Source of the DNA: Candidatus Eiseniibacteriota bacterium
GTDB lineage: Bacteria; Eisenbacteria; RBG-16-71-46
DNA: 64,000 bases
NCBI GenBank assembly: GCA_044223005.1
Contig: JBGAML010000013.1
Location: 72,489-136,488 of the forward strand
Reading direction: 5' to 3'
Shown: positions 9,994-24,133 of the stretch, piece by piece
How the letters are laid out: every line of letters starts with the position of its first letter
Numbering within the stretch: position 1 is the stretch's first letter
Made by a program: the position numbers and the translations under genes
Notes under the pieces: model-generated
Seen by the model: the letters and a program-made list of their open reading frames with translations, nothing else
What the model was told of the DNA's origin: nothing
Database searches by the model: none

Positions 9994-10797
9994 ATGTCGT
10001 CGCTCGAAACCGGTGCGGGCGCGCCTCCCATGCCCCCGGCGCCGTCCGAATCGGGCGCGGCCGCCCCCCTGCCCGCCGCGCCGATGCCGTCCGTCTGGGA
10101 ACGCAGCCTTCGCGTGTTCGTCCAGCCTCACAGGGCATGGGAGGGGCTCGAGACGCAGGCCCGGTGGTGGTTCCCGATGCTCGTGATCGTGGCGATCCAG
10201 GTCGTCCTGCTCGCCGGCACGTTCCACCGCGTCATGCTTCCGACGATGCTCGAGCAGTGGTCGCAGGCGGTCGAGAACGGGCAGATGCCCGCGGCGCAGT
10301 TCGACAAGCTCCAGGACTTCTTCGCCAACAACCCCAAGGCGCTGGCGCTGATCGTCGGTCAGCAGGCGCTGCTGCTGCCGATCTTCACGCTGCTGATCGC
10401 GCTGGTCGCCTGGTTCGGGGTCGGGTTCGTGCTCGGGACGCGTTTCCCGTACCGGTACGCGCTCGAGGTCGTGACGTGGTCGGGGCTCGTGCAGTTGCCG
10501 CAGACGATCCTGACCTTCGTGATCGGGTGGTTCAACGAAACCCTCAAGGGGATCCACTTCGGGCTGGGCGCCCTGCTGCCGACCGAGGAGACCCCGACCA
10601 AGCTGCACCAGGGGCTTTCGGTGCTGCTGGACGCCGTCGGGCCGTTCAGCATCTGGTACCTCGTCGTCGCGATTTTCGGTGCGAGCGCCCTCTCGGGTGC
10701 TCCGCGCAAGAACGTGGCGTGGGTGCTGGCCGCGCTGTACGTCGCCCTGACGATCGTCTTCGCCGTCGTGGCCGCGCTGTTCACCCCCGGCACCTGA
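9994..10797 (+). CDS. Yip1-family membrane protein
   Basis: About five TM segments, VFVQPHRAWEGL...WWFPML start and PFSIWYLVV motif. ATG follows GAGGAG. Sits first in an ABC exporter operon like YknW. Confidence 0.75.
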   Translation: MSSLETGAGAPPMPPAPSESGAAAPLPAAPMPSVWERSLRVFVQPHRAWEGLETQARWWFPMLVIVAIQVVLLAGTFHRVMLPTMLEQWSQAVENGQMPAAQFDKLQDFFANNPKALALIVGQQALLLPIFTLLIALVAWFGVGFVLGTRFPYRYALEVVTWSGLVQLPQTILTFVIGWFNETLKGIHFGLGALLPTEETPTKLHQGLSVLLDAVGPFSIWYLVVAIFGASALSGAPRKNVAWVLAALYVALTIVFAVVAALFTPGT

Positions 10798-10904
10798 CGC
10801 CCGCACGCAACCCGGGCGCTCCGGGAGCCGTAGCCTGTGCACGCCGTGTCCCGGACACGGCGTCTCGATGTCTGACCGTGACCTGCGAAGGAGTGGATTC
10901 CCGG

Positions 10905-12221
10905 ATGCTCCGACTCACGATGGTGTTCCTCGCTCTGCTCCTCGCCGGTCGGGCGACTGCAGCGCCCCTGACGGCCGACGAAGCGGTTCGCATCGCGCTG
11001 CAGCGCAACTCCCAGGTCATCCAGTCGCGCGCCTCGCAACTGGATGCGACCGCCGGCATGTGGCGGGCCTATTCCGGCATCCTGCCCTCCGTGTCGGCGT
11101 CGCTGACGCGCAGTGGCAACAAGACGCACGAGGCGCGCTCGTACACGGTCGACACGAACACGCTCACGTACGTGCGGACGACGACGATGGACGGACAGTC
11201 GTTCACCACGACGCAGGGCCTGAGCGGGCGATGGAACGTGCTCGACCTCTCGGCGTGGACCAACTGGTCGTCGGCGCGGCAGGGAGTGCGTTCGGCCAAC
11301 TACGGCGCCGCCGCGACGCGCGCGGACGTGGCCCTGGCCACCCGGCGGCAGTTCTATTCGGTGGTGCAGGCGATGCACCAGTCGCGCGTGAACGGCGAGG
11401 CGCTGCGACTCGCTCGCGACAGCGAGCGTCGCGTGCGCGCGCTCTTCGAGGTGGGCTCGGTGTCCAAGAGCGACCTCCTCAAGGCGCAGGTGGCGACGTC
11501 GCAGGCCGTGCTCGATTCGCTCACGGCCGATCACGCGGTCACCAGCCAGCGCATCGCGCTGTCGCAGCAGCTCGGCCTGCCGGAGGCGCAGCTCGCCGAG
11601 GTGGATTCGACGCTGGCGCCGGACGCGCCGCCGGTGGACGGTGCGGTCATTCTCTCCGAGGCGCGGGCCAACCGGCCGGACCTCAAGGCGGCGGACGCGG
11701 ACGTGCGCGCGGCGGAGCTGGCGCTGCGCTCGTCGCACTGGTCGCGACTGCCGTACGTCGCCGCCACCGGTTCCTACACGCCCGACACCAAGACCGAGTC
11801 GAGCGGCGAGCCCTTCCCGCGCGAGAACAAGGGCGTGGCCAGCGGCTCGCTGTCGCTCAACCTGAACCTGTTCGACGGCCTGGCGACGGACGCCGCGGTC
11901 GCCAGCGCGCGCGCGGCGGTGTTGCGCAGCCGTGAAACCCGCGACGCGCTCGTCCGTAATCTCGAGAGCGAAGTCCACCAGGCGCTGCTCGGCTACCAGG
12001 AGGCGGTCGAGACCGAGGCCGTGGCCGAGCGCACGGTGGAATCCGCGACCGAGAACCACAATCTCGTGCTCCAGAAGTACAACGTGGGCTCGGCGACCAT
12101 CCTCGACCTCATCGATTCGCAGGTGCAGTTGCAGCGGGCGGAGAGCAGCCTCGTTTCGGCGAAGGCGTCGATCCGCGTCGCGCTCGCCACGCTGGACCAG
12201 GTGCGCGGGCGAACCCCGTGA
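10905..12221 (+). CDS. TolC-family outer membrane efflux protein
   Basis: Signal peptide, LTADEAVRIALQRN, FEVGSVSKSDLLKAQV and YNVGSATILDLIDSQ. Confidence 0.9.
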   Translation: MLRLTMVFLALLLAGRATAAPLTADEAVRIALQRNSQVIQSRASQLDATAGMWRAYSGILPSVSASLTRSGNKTHEARSYTVDTNTLTYVRTTTMDGQSFTTTQGLSGRWNVLDLSAWTNWSSARQGVRSANYGAAATRADVALATRRQFYSVVQAMHQSRVNGEALRLARDSERRVRALFEVGSVSKSDLLKAQVATSQAVLDSLTADHAVTSQRIALSQQLGLPEAQLAEVDSTLAPDAPPVDGAVILSEARANRPDLKAADADVRAAELALRSSHWSRLPYVAATGSYTPDTKTESSGEPFPRENKGVASGSLSLNLNLFDGLATDAAVASARAAVLRSRETRDALVRNLESEVHQALLGYQEAVETEAVAERTVESATENHNLVLQKYNVGSATILDLIDSQVQLQRAESSLVSAKASIRVALATLDQVRGRTP

Positions 12222-12243
12222 TCGGAAAGGAACGTCCGCGTTC

Positions 12244-13524
12244 ATGAAAAGGCTGGTGTGGCTTTGGGTCGCCCTCGGGGTCGTGCTGCTCGTGACCGTG
12301 GTGGTGGCCAGTGTCGCCAACGTCTCGCGCAGCAAGGTCCAGCCCGTCCAGCTCGCCGTCGTGCACCGCGAGGACGTCACGTCCCGCGTCCGGGCGCCGG
12401 GCAAGATCGAGCCGAAGACCCAGGTGAAGATCAGCGCCGACATCATGGGCAAGATCACGCACCTGCTGGTCAAGGAGGGCGATCCGGTCAAGCGCGGGCA
12501 GCTGATGCTGCAGCTCGACGACACGCAGTACCGGAGCCTGTGGGAGCAGTCGCGTGCCGCCGCGGCGTCCGCCGACGCGCGCGTGCGCGATACGCAGTCG
12601 TCGCTGCGCACGGTGCAGTCGAACTTCGGCCGCCAGAAGTCGCTCTTCGACCAGAAGCTGCTTTCGCCGGCGGAGTGGGAGCAGGCGCAGTCGAACTACG
12701 AGAGCGCCCGCGTCGCCGCGGCCAGCGCGCAGGAGGACGCCGCGCGCGCCCACGCCGCGTTGCGCGGAGCCGCGGACAATCTCGGCAAGACGCAGTTCCA
12801 TGCACCGTTCGACGGCGTCGTGAGCGCGCTCAACGTCGAGCAGGGCGAGATCGTGATCACGGGCACGATGAACAACATCGGCACCCAGATCCTCACGGTC
12901 TCCGACCTCTCGCGCATGCAGGTTCGCGCGGACGTCGACGAGACGGACATCGTCAACATGAGCCTGGGGCAGAAGGCCCGCATCTCGGTGGACGCCATCC
13001 CGGACACGACGTTCCCCGGAATGGTGACCGAGATCGGCAACACCGCCAAACGCTCGATCACGTCGACGGTCGAGGGGCAGACGAACTTCGAAGTCGTGGT
13101 GGTGTTCGACCACAACGTGCCGCGCGTGCGCCCCGGCATGACCGCCGACGTCGAGATCGAGACCGGGACGCACGCGAAGGTGCTGACGGTCCCGATCCAG
13201 TCCGTCGTCGTGCGTACGCAGCGCGAACTCGACCGGGCCGCGCGCGGCAAGGTCAAGCCCGTCAAGCGCTCCACGACCCTCGGCGCCGACGAGGACACCG
13301 TCGGGCGGAAGGACAAGGAGATCACCGGCGTGTTCGTCGTGCGCAACAAGGTCGCGACGTTCGTGCCCGTGCGCAGCGGTCTCGCGAGCGAGACGCGGAT
13401 CGAGATCACCGGTGACGTGAAGGAAGGCGACCAGGTCGTCGCCGGGCCGTACAAGGCGCTCCGCGAGTTGAAGCCGGGCGGCAAGGTGCGCAAGGACACG
13501 GGCGAATCCAAGGGCAAGAAGTGA
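12244..13524 (+). CDS. efflux periplasmic adaptor subunit (MacA/HlyD family)
   Basis: N-terminal TM, lipoyl-like halves ([18 protein letters not shown]), [10 protein letters not shown]. Confidence 0.9.
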   Translation: MKRLVWLWVALGVVLLVTVVVASVANVSRSKVQPVQLAVVHREDVTSRVRAPGKIEPKTQVKISADIMGKITHLLVKEGDPVKRGQLMLQLDDTQYRSLWEQSRAAAASADARVRDTQSSLRTVQSNFGRQKSLFDQKLLSPAEWEQAQSNYESARVAAASAQEDAARAHAALRGAADNLGKTQFHAPFDGVVSALNVEQGEIVITGTMNNIGTQILTVSDLSRMQVRADVDETDIVNMSLGQKARISVDAIPDTTFPGMVTEIGNTAKRSITSTVEGQTNFEVVVVFDHNVPRVRPGMTADVEIETGTHAKVLTVPIQSVVVRTQRELDRAARGKVKPVKRSTTLGADEDTVGRKDKEITGVFVVRNKVATFVPVRSGLASETRIEITGDVKEGDQVVAGPYKALRELKPGGKVRKDTGESKGKK

Positions 13525-13531
13525 GGACGAC

Positions 13532-14254
13532 ATGCTGATCGCCATCCACGGCCTGCATCGCGTCTACCAGGTGGGCGACCAGGAAGTCCGGGCGCTCGAC
13601 GGGGTGGACCTCGAGATCGACCAGAACGAATACGTGGCGATCATGGGCCCTTCGGGGTCCGGCAAGTCCACGCTCATGAACATCCTCGGGTGCCTCGACA
13701 CGCCGACGCACGGCTCCTACCTGCTCAAGTCGCAGGAGATCGCGAAGATGTCGGACGACGACCTCGCCCGGATCCGCAACCAGGAGATCGGGTTCGTCTT
13801 CCAGACCTTCAACCTGCTGCCGCGCGCCGATGCGCTCCACAACGTCGAGCTGCCGCTCGTCTACGCCGGCATGAAGCACGAGGATCGACGCGTTCGGGCG
13901 CGAGAGGCGCTGACCATGGTCGGCCTCGGGGACCGCATGAAGCACCGTCCCAACGAGCTCTCCGGCGGCCAGCGCCAGCGTGTGGCGATCGCGCGCGCGC
14001 TCGTGAACAGGCCCAGCATCATCCTCGCGGACGAGCCGACGGGTAACCTCGACTCGCGGACGGGCGAGGAGATCATGAACGCCTTCGAGAACATCTGGCG
14101 CCAGGGCAACACGGTGATCCTCGTCACGCACGAGCCCGACATCGCCGAACACGCCCGCCGCATCGTGCGCATGAAGGACGGCCGGATCGAGAGCGACCAG
14201 GCCAACCCGAATCCCCGGTCCACGTCGGGCGCGGCCACCGGCTCGCAGGCATGA
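13532..14254 (+). CDS. ABC transporter ATP-binding protein (MacB/LolD type)
   Basis: [32 protein letters not shown]. Confidence 0.95.
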   Translation: MLIAIHGLHRVYQVGDQEVRALDGVDLEIDQNEYVAIMGPSGSGKSTLMNILGCLDTPTHGSYLLKSQEIAKMSDDDLARIRNQEIGFVFQTFNLLPRADALHNVELPLVYAGMKHEDRRVRAREALTMVGLGDRMKHRPNELSGGQRQRVAIARALVNRPSIILADEPTGNLDSRTGEEIMNAFENIWRQGNTVILVTHEPDIAEHARRIVRMKDGRIESDQANPNPRSTSGAATGSQA

Positions 14255-15468
14255 ACCCCCGCGAAAGCGTGGGGATCGCCCTGCGCGGGATCGTGGCGAA
14301 CAAGCTGCGATCCTTCCTGACGCTCCTCGGCACGATCATCGGCGTCGCGTCCGTCATCGCCGTGGTGTCCTTCGTCGAGGGCATGAACCAGTTCGTGACC
14401 ATGAAGCTCCTGAATGCGGGCGCGAACGTGTTCGTGGTCGACAAGTACGGGTTCGTGACCAGCCAGGAGGCCTTCGAGGAAGCCAACCGGCGCCCGGACG
14501 TCACGCTCGACGACTCGGACGCGCTGCGTGCGGGCGTGGAGCACGCCGCGATGGTCGTGGGCGAGGCCGAGGGCAACTCGCCCGTGCGCTGGCGGTCGAA
14601 GGTCATGAAGGGCGTGAGCGTCCACGGCCGCGGCGAAGGCTACGATCTCGTCGACGACATCGCGATCGCCGACGGCCGGCACATCACCGAGCTCGACGAC
14701 CGCCGGCGCCAGTCGGTCTGCGTCCTGGGCCCCGAGGTGGTCGAGGAGATCTTCGGCAACTCGGACCCGATCGGCAGCCGGGTGCGGATCGGCGGGCAGG
14801 ACTTCCTGGTGGTCGGCGTCACCAAGGCCAAGGGCAAGATGCTGGGCGTGAGCCAGGACCGGTTCGTCACGATCCCGGTGCGCACGTTCCAGAAGTTCTT
14901 CCAGGAGCGCGGCTCGTTCTCGATCGCGATCAAGAGCGTGGACCAGTCCTCGCTGCCGCTGGCCGAGCAGGAGGCCCGCAACATCATGCGGGCGCGCCGG
15001 CACCAGCGCCCGGGGCAGCCGGACGCGTTCGGCATCACGACCTCGGACACGTGGCTGCAGCTCTACCACACGCTGACGGGCGGCATCTTCATCGTCACGA
15101 TCGGCGTCGCGGCGATCTCGCTGCTGGTCGGCGGCATCGTGATCATGAACATCATGCTCGTTTCCGTGACCGAGCGGACGCGTGAGATCGGCATCCGCAA
15201 GGCGCTCGGCGCCCGCCGCCGCGACATCCTCGCGCAGTTCCTCGTGGAATCGACGACGCTCTCGCTTTCGGGCGGCATCGTCGGCATCCTGCTGGGCATG
15301 GCGCTCGCGCTGGGCGTGGGGGCGGTCTCGCCGTTGCCGGCCGCGGTCAGCCTGCCCGCCGTCCTGCTCGGCGTGGTCATGAGCACGGCGGTCGGCGTGT
15401 TCTTCGGTTCGTACCCGGCCGTGCGCGCGGCCCGCCTCGATCCCATCGAGGCGCTGCGTTACGAGTGA
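14251..15468 (+). CDS. ABC transporter permease (MacB/FtsX type)
   Basis: [15 protein letters not shown]...[28 protein letters not shown]...[10 protein letters not shown]. Confidence 0.93.
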   Translation: MNPRESVGIALRGIVANKLRSFLTLLGTIIGVASVIAVVSFVEGMNQFVTMKLLNAGANVFVVDKYGFVTSQEAFEEANRRPDVTLDDSDALRAGVEHAAMVVGEAEGNSPVRWRSKVMKGVSVHGRGEGYDLVDDIAIADGRHITELDDRRRQSVCVLGPEVVEEIFGNSDPIGSRVRIGGQDFLVVGVTKAKGKMLGVSQDRFVTIPVRTFQKFFQERGSFSIAIKSVDQSSLPLAEQEARNIMRARRHQRPGQPDAFGITTSDTWLQLYHTLTGGIFIVTIGVAAISLLVGGIVIMNIMLVSVTERTREIGIRKALGARRRDILAQFLVESTTLSLSGGIVGILLGMALALGVGAVSPLPAAVSLPAVLLGVVMSTAVGVFFGSYPAVRAARLDPIEALRYE

Positions 15469-15472
15469 TCCC

Positions 15473-16744
15473 GTGAGCTTCCTGGCACTGCTGCGCGAGA
15501 CGTTCGCGATGGCGCGATCGGCGCTGGTGGCCAACCGGCTGCGCTCGGGGCTGGCGCTGCTCGGGATCGTGATCGGCGTCGCGACGGTGATCGCGATGGT
15601 CGCCCTCATCAACGGTTTCCAGCGCTCGTTCCAGCAGAGCATCCAGTCGATCGGCAACAACACGCTCTACGTCCGCCGCATCCGGCCGGGCATCAACTTC
15701 TCGGGCGACATCCCGGACAGCCTGAAGCAGCGCCGAGCGTTCACCATGGACGACGCGCGCGCGATCCTCGAGCAGGCGCCGGCGGTGCGGGCCGTGGCTC
15801 CGTTCAAGTTCCCGTTCGACAACATCCGGCTCTCGTACCGCGAGCGGCACACGAAGACGACCTTCCTCTACGGCACGAACGAGTCGTACCTCGTGGCGCA
15901 CAGCTACGACCTTTCGCGCGGACGGTTCTTCACGCAGCAGGAGGTGACGTCGAAGGCGAACGTCTGCGTGCTCGGCAAGGACACGCGCGAGGCGATGTTC
16001 GCCGACGCGTCCGCGATCGGGCGCACGGTGCACATCAACGGCATCCCGTTCACCGTGATCGGGGAGTTCGAGCCGAAGGGCAAGTTCCTCGGGAACAACT
16101 TCGACGAGGTCGCCTGCGTTCCGTACACGGTGGTCGACAAGTACTGGGCGGCACCGAGTTCGGCGCCGCCCTGGTTCCCGAAACGCGGCGAGTTGTTCCT
16201 CGACGCGATCGCGGTCTCGCCCGACCAGAGCGAACTGGCGATGAAGCAGATCAGCGAGGTGCTGCGCGTCCGGCGGCACCTGCCGAGCAACAAGATGAAC
16301 GACTTCGTCGTGTTCAGCGACGATGCGTTCCTCTCGCTCTACCAGACGGTGACGGGAGGGATCGTCGCGCTGATGACGCTCATCTCCTCGATCGCCCTGC
16401 TGGTCGGCGGGATCGGCGTGATGAACATCATGCTCGTCGCCGTCACCGAGCGGACGCGCGAGATCGGCGTGCGCAAGGCGCTCGGTGCGCCGCGCCGGGC
16501 GATCCTGCTGCAGTTCCTGGTGGAGGCGGTGCTGCTGACCGCGGCGGGGGGCGTCGTGGGCATCCTGGCGGGCGCGGGCGTGTCGTTCCTCGTCAAGGCC
16601 GTGAGCCCGCTGCCGACCTACGTGTCCGGCTGGTCGGTCGCGACGGCGCTCGGATTCTCGGCGCTCGTGGGCGTCTTCTTCGGCCTGTATCCGGCCATGC
16701 GGGCGTCGCGGCTCGATCCGGTGGATTCGCTGCGTTACGAGTGA
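15473..16744 (+). CDS. ABC transporter permease (MacB/FtsX type), second paralogue
   Basis: Same family motifs; ends LDPVDSLRYE. Confidence 0.93.
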   Translation: MSFLALLRETFAMARSALVANRLRSGLALLGIVIGVATVIAMVALINGFQRSFQQSIQSIGNNTLYVRRIRPGINFSGDIPDSLKQRRAFTMDDARAILEQAPAVRAVAPFKFPFDNIRLSYRERHTKTTFLYGTNESYLVAHSYDLSRGRFFTQQEVTSKANVCVLGKDTREAMFADASAIGRTVHINGIPFTVIGEFEPKGKFLGNNFDEVACVPYTVVDKYWAAPSSAPPWFPKRGELFLDAIAVSPDQSELAMKQISEVLRVRRHLPSNKMNDFVVFSDDAFLSLYQTVTGGIVALMTLISSIALLVGGIGVMNIMLVAVTERTREIGVRKALGAPRRAILLQFLVEAVLLTAAGGVVGILAGAGVSFLVKAVSPLPTYVSGWSVATALGFSALVGVFFGLYPAMRASRLDPVDSLRYE

Positions 16745-16781
16745 CCGTGGGCGTGCCCGGGCGTGCTATCTTCGCCGCCCC

Positions 16782-19655
<2,874 letters not shown>

Positions 19656-19708
19656 CGCCCACGACGGCTAGCGAGGCCCAGCCTCGATCGACCACGAGGA
19701 CGACGACC

Positions 19709-20752
19709 ATGAAGGCGATCGTCAAGACGACCCGCGGCCCCGGCGCCGAGGTTCGCGACGTACCCGTTCCCAGCCCGGGCATGGGCGAGGTGCTCCTGAA
19801 GGTCAAGCGTGCCGGCGTCTGCGGCACCGACCTGCACATCTGGAAGTGGGATCCCTGGGCCTCCGGACGCATGCGGCCCCCGGTCACGATCGGCCACGAG
19901 TTCGTGGGCGAGGTGGTCGAGATCGGCGTGGGCGTCGGCAACCTGAAGCTCGGCGACCTCGTCTCGTGCGAGAGTCACGTGGTCTGCCAGACCTGCCTGC
20001 CGTGCCGCACCGGCAACGGGCACGTCTGCGAGAACACGAAGATCCTCGGCGTGGACATCAACGGCGGCTTCGCGGAATACGTCGTGGTGCCCGCGGTCAA
20101 CGCGTGGCATGCGCCGAAGAACGTCCCGATCGAAGTCGCCGCGATCATGGAGCCGTGCGGCAACGCGGTGCACACCGCGTACGCGGGTCCGCTCTCGGGC
20201 TGCAACATCGGCGTCACCGGCTGCGGCCCGATCGGCCTGTTCGCGATCGGCGTCGCGCGCGCTGCGGGCGCGGCCCACGTGTTCGCGTCGGACGTTTCGC
20301 CCTACCGGCTGGACCTCGCCCGGAAGATGAAGGCCGACGCCGTGATCGACGTCTCCAAGGAGAACTTCGTCGAGCGCGTCCGCGAACTCACCGCGGGGCG
20401 CGGCCTGGACGGCGTGCTCGAGATGTCCGGCAAACCCGCCGCGATGCGCGATGGCCTCGCGGCCCTGCGCATGGGCGGACGCATGTCGCTGCTCGGCCTG
20501 CCCAGCGAGCCGTTCGAGCTCGACTGGAACAAGCTGCTGATCTTCAAGGGCATCACGCTCAACGGCATCATCGGCCGCCGCATGTACGACACGTGGTACC
20601 AACTCGACCAGATGCTGACGTCCGGCAACCTCGACCTGCGTCCGGCGATCACCCACGTGATGCCGATGGAGGACGCGGCCCAGGCGGTCGCGCTGCTCGA
20701 AGAGGGCAAGGCCGGCAAGATCGTGCTCGTGCCCTGGGGCGAGAAGGCGTAG
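19709..20752 (+). CDS. tdh: L-threonine 3-dehydrogenase
   Basis: CGTDLHIWKWDPWA, GHEFVGEV, structural Zn Cys cluster, GIIGRRMYDTWY. Adjacent to kbl. Confidence 0.93.
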   Translation: MKAIVKTTRGPGAEVRDVPVPSPGMGEVLLKVKRAGVCGTDLHIWKWDPWASGRMRPPVTIGHEFVGEVVEIGVGVGNLKLGDLVSCESHVVCQTCLPCRTGNGHVCENTKILGVDINGGFAEYVVVPAVNAWHAPKNVPIEVAAIMEPCGNAVHTAYAGPLSGCNIGVTGCGPIGLFAIGVARAAGAAHVFASDVSPYRLDLARKMKADAVIDVSKENFVERVRELTAGRGLDGVLEMSGKPAAMRDGLAALRMGGRMSLLGLPSEPFELDWNKLLIFKGITLNGIIGRRMYDTWYQLDQMLTSGNLDLRPAITHVMPMEDAAQAVALLEEGKAGKIVLVPWGEKA

Positions 20753-20763
20753 GGGGGGCGGCC

Positions 20764-21972
20764 ATGTTCGACACGATGAAGCCGGTGCTCGCCGAGGAAC
20801 TGCGCAAGATCCGCGAAGCAGGCCTCTACAAGAGCGAGCGCGTGATCGCGTCGCCGCAGGGCGCGGAGGTCACGCTCGAGGACGGCCGGAAGGTCCTCGT
20901 CTTCTGCGCGAACAACTACCTCGGGCTCTCGAGTCACCCGAAGGTGATCGAGGCGGCGCATGCCGCGCTGGATTCGCACGGGTTCGGCATGTCGTCCGTG
21001 CGCTTCATCTGCGGCACGCAGGACCTGCACAAGCAGCTCGAGAAGCGGATCGCGGAGTTCGTCGGCACCGAGGACACGATCCTCTACGCCGCCTGCTTCG
21101 ACGCCAACGGCGGCGTGTTCGAGCCGCTGCTGGGCGAGGCGGACGCCGTGATCAGCGACGAGCTGAACCACGCGTCGATCATCGACGGCGTGCGGCTCTG
21201 CAAGGCCCAGCGCTGGCGCTACAAGAACAACGACATGGCCGACCTCGAGCGCTGCCTGCGCGAAGCGGACGCGAAGGGCTGCCCGCAGAAGCTCGTGGTC
21301 ACCGACGGCGTCTTCAGCATGGACGGCACGATCGCGAACATGAAGGGCGTCGTCGAGATGGCCGAGAAGTACCGCGCCCTCGTGATGACGGACGAGTGCC
21401 ACTCGATGGGATTCGTCGGCCGCACGGGCCGGGGAACGCCGGAGCTGCACGGCGTGCAGGGCCGCGTCGACATCATCACGGGCACGCTCGGTAAGGCGCT
21501 GGGCGGCGCGCTGGGCGGCTTCACGACCGGCCGGCGGGAAGTGATCGAGATGCTGCGCCAGCGTTCGCGGCCGTACCTGTTCTCGAACGCGCTGCCGCCC
21601 GCGGTCCTCGGGGCGAGCCTCGCGGTGTTCGACCTGCTGTCGCGGACGACGGAACTCCGCGACCGGCTCGAGGCCAACACGACGCGGTTCCGCGAGCGCA
21701 TGACGGCCGCCGGGTTCGAGATCAAGCCGGGCACGCACCCGATCGTCCCGATCATGCTCTACGACGAACGGCTCGCCCACGACATGGCCGCGGAACTGCT
21801 CGAGCGCGGCATCTACGTGATCGGGTTCTCGTTCCCCGTCGTGCCCCGCGGCCAGGCGCGGATCCGAGTCCAGCTCTCGGCGGCGCACACGACCGAACAG
21901 GTGGACCGCGCCGTCGACGCGTTCACCGAGATCGGCCGCAAGCTCGGCGTCCTCAAGGGGGCGGCGCGCTGA
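20764..21972 (+). CDS. kbl: glycine C-acetyltransferase (2-amino-3-ketobutyrate CoA ligase)
   Basis: FCANNYLGLS, GMSSVRFICGTQDLHK, PLP-Lys motif GTLGKALGG, RQRSRPYLFSN. Confidence 0.95.
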   Translation: MFDTMKPVLAEELRKIREAGLYKSERVIASPQGAEVTLEDGRKVLVFCANNYLGLSSHPKVIEAAHAALDSHGFGMSSVRFICGTQDLHKQLEKRIAEFVGTEDTILYAACFDANGGVFEPLLGEADAVISDELNHASIIDGVRLCKAQRWRYKNNDMADLERCLREADAKGCPQKLVVTDGVFSMDGTIANMKGVVEMAEKYRALVMTDECHSMGFVGRTGRGTPELHGVQGRVDIITGTLGKALGGALGGFTTGRREVIEMLRQRSRPYLFSNALPPAVLGASLAVFDLLSRTTELRDRLEANTTRFRERMTAAGFEIKPGTHPIVPIMLYDERLAHDMAAELLERGIYVIGFSFPVVPRGQARIRVQLSAAHTTEQVDRAVDAFTEIGRKLGVLKGAAR

Positions 21973-22028
21973 TCGTGGCGCGGTGCGGCGCGGCCCCGGG
22001 CCGCGCCGCTCGCCGCGTCCCGCCGGTC

Positions 22029-22058
22029 TTGACCGTTTCGCGCACGCCCCGCTAACGT
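22029..22058 (+). promoter_or_regulatory. sigma70-type promoter upstream of gcvT
   Basis: TTGACC-18-TAACGT. Confidence 0.55.
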
Positions 22059-22089
22059 GCCCGCGAACACCTCACCCAAGGAGTCCCGC

Positions 22090-23199
22090 GTGCAGCCTGC
22101 CACCGCGCCCAAGCGCACCCCGTTCCACGCGTATCACGCCCAGGCGGGCGCGAAGCTCGTGGACTTCGCCGGTTTCGAAATGCCCGTGCGCTACACGGGC
22201 GACGTCCGCGAGCACCTCGCCGTCCGCAACGGCGTCGGCCTGTTCGACATCACGCACATGGGCGAGTTCGACGTGCGCGGCCCCGGCGCGACCGAGTGGC
22301 TGAACCACGTCGTCACGAACGACGTCGCCGCGCTCGAGGTGGGGCAGGCGCTCTATTCGCCCATGTGCCGACCCGACGCCGGCATCGTGGACGACCTCCT
22401 GGTCTACCGTTACGCCGATCACCACATGGTCGTCGTGAACGCCTCGAACATGGCCAAGGACTTCGCGTGGATGCGCCAGTCGGTGCCCGCGGGCGTCCAG
22501 TTCGAGGACCACTCCGACCGCACGTCGCTGCTCGCCGTCCAGGGCCCGAAGGCCGCGGACGTGCTGCGCGGCCACGTGCCCGCCGCCGCGCTCGAACTCG
22601 GTTACTACCGGTTCACGACCGGCGAGCTGTTCGGCGTGCCGGCGACGATCTCGCGCACCGGTTACACGGGCGAAGACGGCTTCGAGCTTTACTTCGCGAA
22701 CGAGTACGCGACCCGCGTCTGGGACGGCGTGATCGCCGCGGGCAAGCCCCACGGGCTCGAGCTCATCGGCCTGGGCGCGCGCGACACGCTGCGCCTCGAG
22801 ATGGGCTACATGCTCTACGGAAACGACATCGACGACACCACGACGCCTCTCGAGGCCGGGCTCGGCTGGACGGTGAAGCTCGCCAAGGCGGACTTCTCGG
22901 GCAAGGCGACGCTGGTGAAGCAGAAGGCCGAGGGCCTCAAGCGCAAGCTGGTCGGCTTTCAGCTCGACGGCCGGCGCGTGCCGCGACACGGCATGGCGAT
23001 CCTCTCCGGTGGCCGCGTGGTGGGGCAGGTGACGAGCGGGACGTTCAGTCCCAGCCTCGAGCGCCCCATCGGCATGGGTTACGTGGAAGCCGCGCTCGCT
23101 CCCGTGGGGACGGCGCTCGAAATCCAGGCAGGTACGACGATGCTGCCCGCGCGGGTGACCGCGCGGCCGTTCCATACCCGCGGCTCGCACAAGTCCTGA
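22090..23199 (+). CDS. gcvT: glycine cleavage system aminomethyltransferase T
   Basis: KRTPFH..FAGFEMPV, GLFDITHMGE, SRTGYTGEDGFE, GLGARDTLRLEMG. GTG start follows AAGGAG. Confidence 0.95.
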   Translation: MQPATAPKRTPFHAYHAQAGAKLVDFAGFEMPVRYTGDVREHLAVRNGVGLFDITHMGEFDVRGPGATEWLNHVVTNDVAALEVGQALYSPMCRPDAGIVDDLLVYRYADHHMVVVNASNMAKDFAWMRQSVPAGVQFEDHSDRTSLLAVQGPKAADVLRGHVPAAALELGYYRFTTGELFGVPATISRTGYTGEDGFELYFANEYATRVWDGVIAAGKPHGLELIGLGARDTLRLEMGYMLYGNDIDDTTTPLEAGLGWTVKLAKADFSGKATLVKQKAEGLKRKLVGFQLDGRRVPRHGMAILSGGRVVGQVTSGTFSPSLERPIGMGYVEAALAPVGTALEIQAGTTMLPARVTARPFHTRGSHKS

Positions 23200-23216
23200 G
23201 CCGCAAGGAGGCACAC

Positions 23217-23600
23217 GTGTCGTTTCCGGACGATGTCCGCTACACGCAGGAGCACGAGTGGGCCCGCGAGGACGCGGGAGTGGTGACGGTCGGCATCACG
23301 AGCTACGCCACCGAGCAGCTCGGTGACGTGGTGTTCGTGGAGCTGCCGGAGGTCGGGCGTGCGGTCGAGGCCGGCAAGGCCTTCGGCGTCGTCGAAGCCG
23401 TGAAGACGGTGAGCGACCTCTACGCGCCGGTGAGCGGGGAGATCGTCGAGGTGAACGGTTCGCTCGGCGACAATCCGGCGCTCGTCAACCAGTCGCCGTA
23501 CGGTGACGGCTGGCTCGTGAAGATCAAGCCGACCGGTGGCGAGTTCGGTGCGCTGATGTCGCACGTCGACTACGAGAAGCTGGTCGAGGAGAGCCACTGA
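23217..23600 (+). CDS. gcvH: glycine cleavage system H protein
   Basis: YTQEHEW, LGDVVFVELP, lipoyl-Lys motif VEAVKTVSD, VNQSPYGDGW. Confidence 0.96.
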   Translation: MSFPDDVRYTQEHEWAREDAGVVTVGITSYATEQLGDVVFVELPEVGRAVEAGKAFGVVEAVKTVSDLYAPVSGEIVEVNGSLGDNPALVNQSPYGDGWLVKIKPTGGEFGALMSHVDYEKLVEESH

Positions 23601-23671
23601 ATCATGACGCGACCGGGCGGTTCGCGCACCCGCGCAACGCCCGGCGGCCGGACCGTGACGGAGCGACGCGC

Positions 23672-24133
23672 GTGAGCGCGACCGCCGCCCCGGTCCGGCC
23701 CGGTCCCAGCGCGCCCGCGCCGGACGCCGTCGCCTGGGTTCACGATCCCTGGCGCGAGACGCCGGTGACGGCGGCGCTGGGAGTCTGTTCCGCGCTCTCG
23801 CTCTGCACGCTGGCGCTCGCCGCGCGGCTGCCCTTCCTGCTCGCGGTGGCCCTCTGCGTCGCGGTGCTCGCGACGCTCGAGTTCGCTTTCGTGCGCTTCA
23901 CGTGCCGGCTGGATGCGGCCGGTTGCACCGTGACGGGCCCGCTCGGACCGCGCCGGATGAACTGGACGCAGGTGCGCCGCGTGCATGAGGTGCCGGCCGG
24001 GCTGCGACTGCTGACGACCCCGGCGCCGCATCCGCTCGACGCCGTGCGCTCGCTGCTGGTTCCCATGCCGAGGTCGCGCGCCGCGGAACTGCGCGTGACG
24101 GTGGAGCGCCTGCGTGGCGGCACCCGCGCCTGA
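23672..24133 (+). CDS. hypothetical membrane protein (2 TM plus small PH-like beta domain)
   Basis: Hydrophobic hairpin followed by CRLDAAGCTV...MNWTQVRRV. High GC3; overlaps the next gene. Confidence 0.65.
   Translation: MSATAAPVRPGPSAPAPDAVAWVHDPWRETPVTAALGVCSALSLCTLALAARLPFLLAVALCVAVLATLEFAFVRFTCRLDAAGCTVTGPLGPRRMNWTQVRRVHEVPAGLRLLTTPAPHPLDAVRSLLVPMPRSRAAELRVTVERLRGGTRA

Noticed and set aside
15100..16744. Near-duplicate DNA at the 3' ends of the two permeases
   Set aside because: These are conserved MacB/FtsX family motifs in paralogues, not a mobile repeat.
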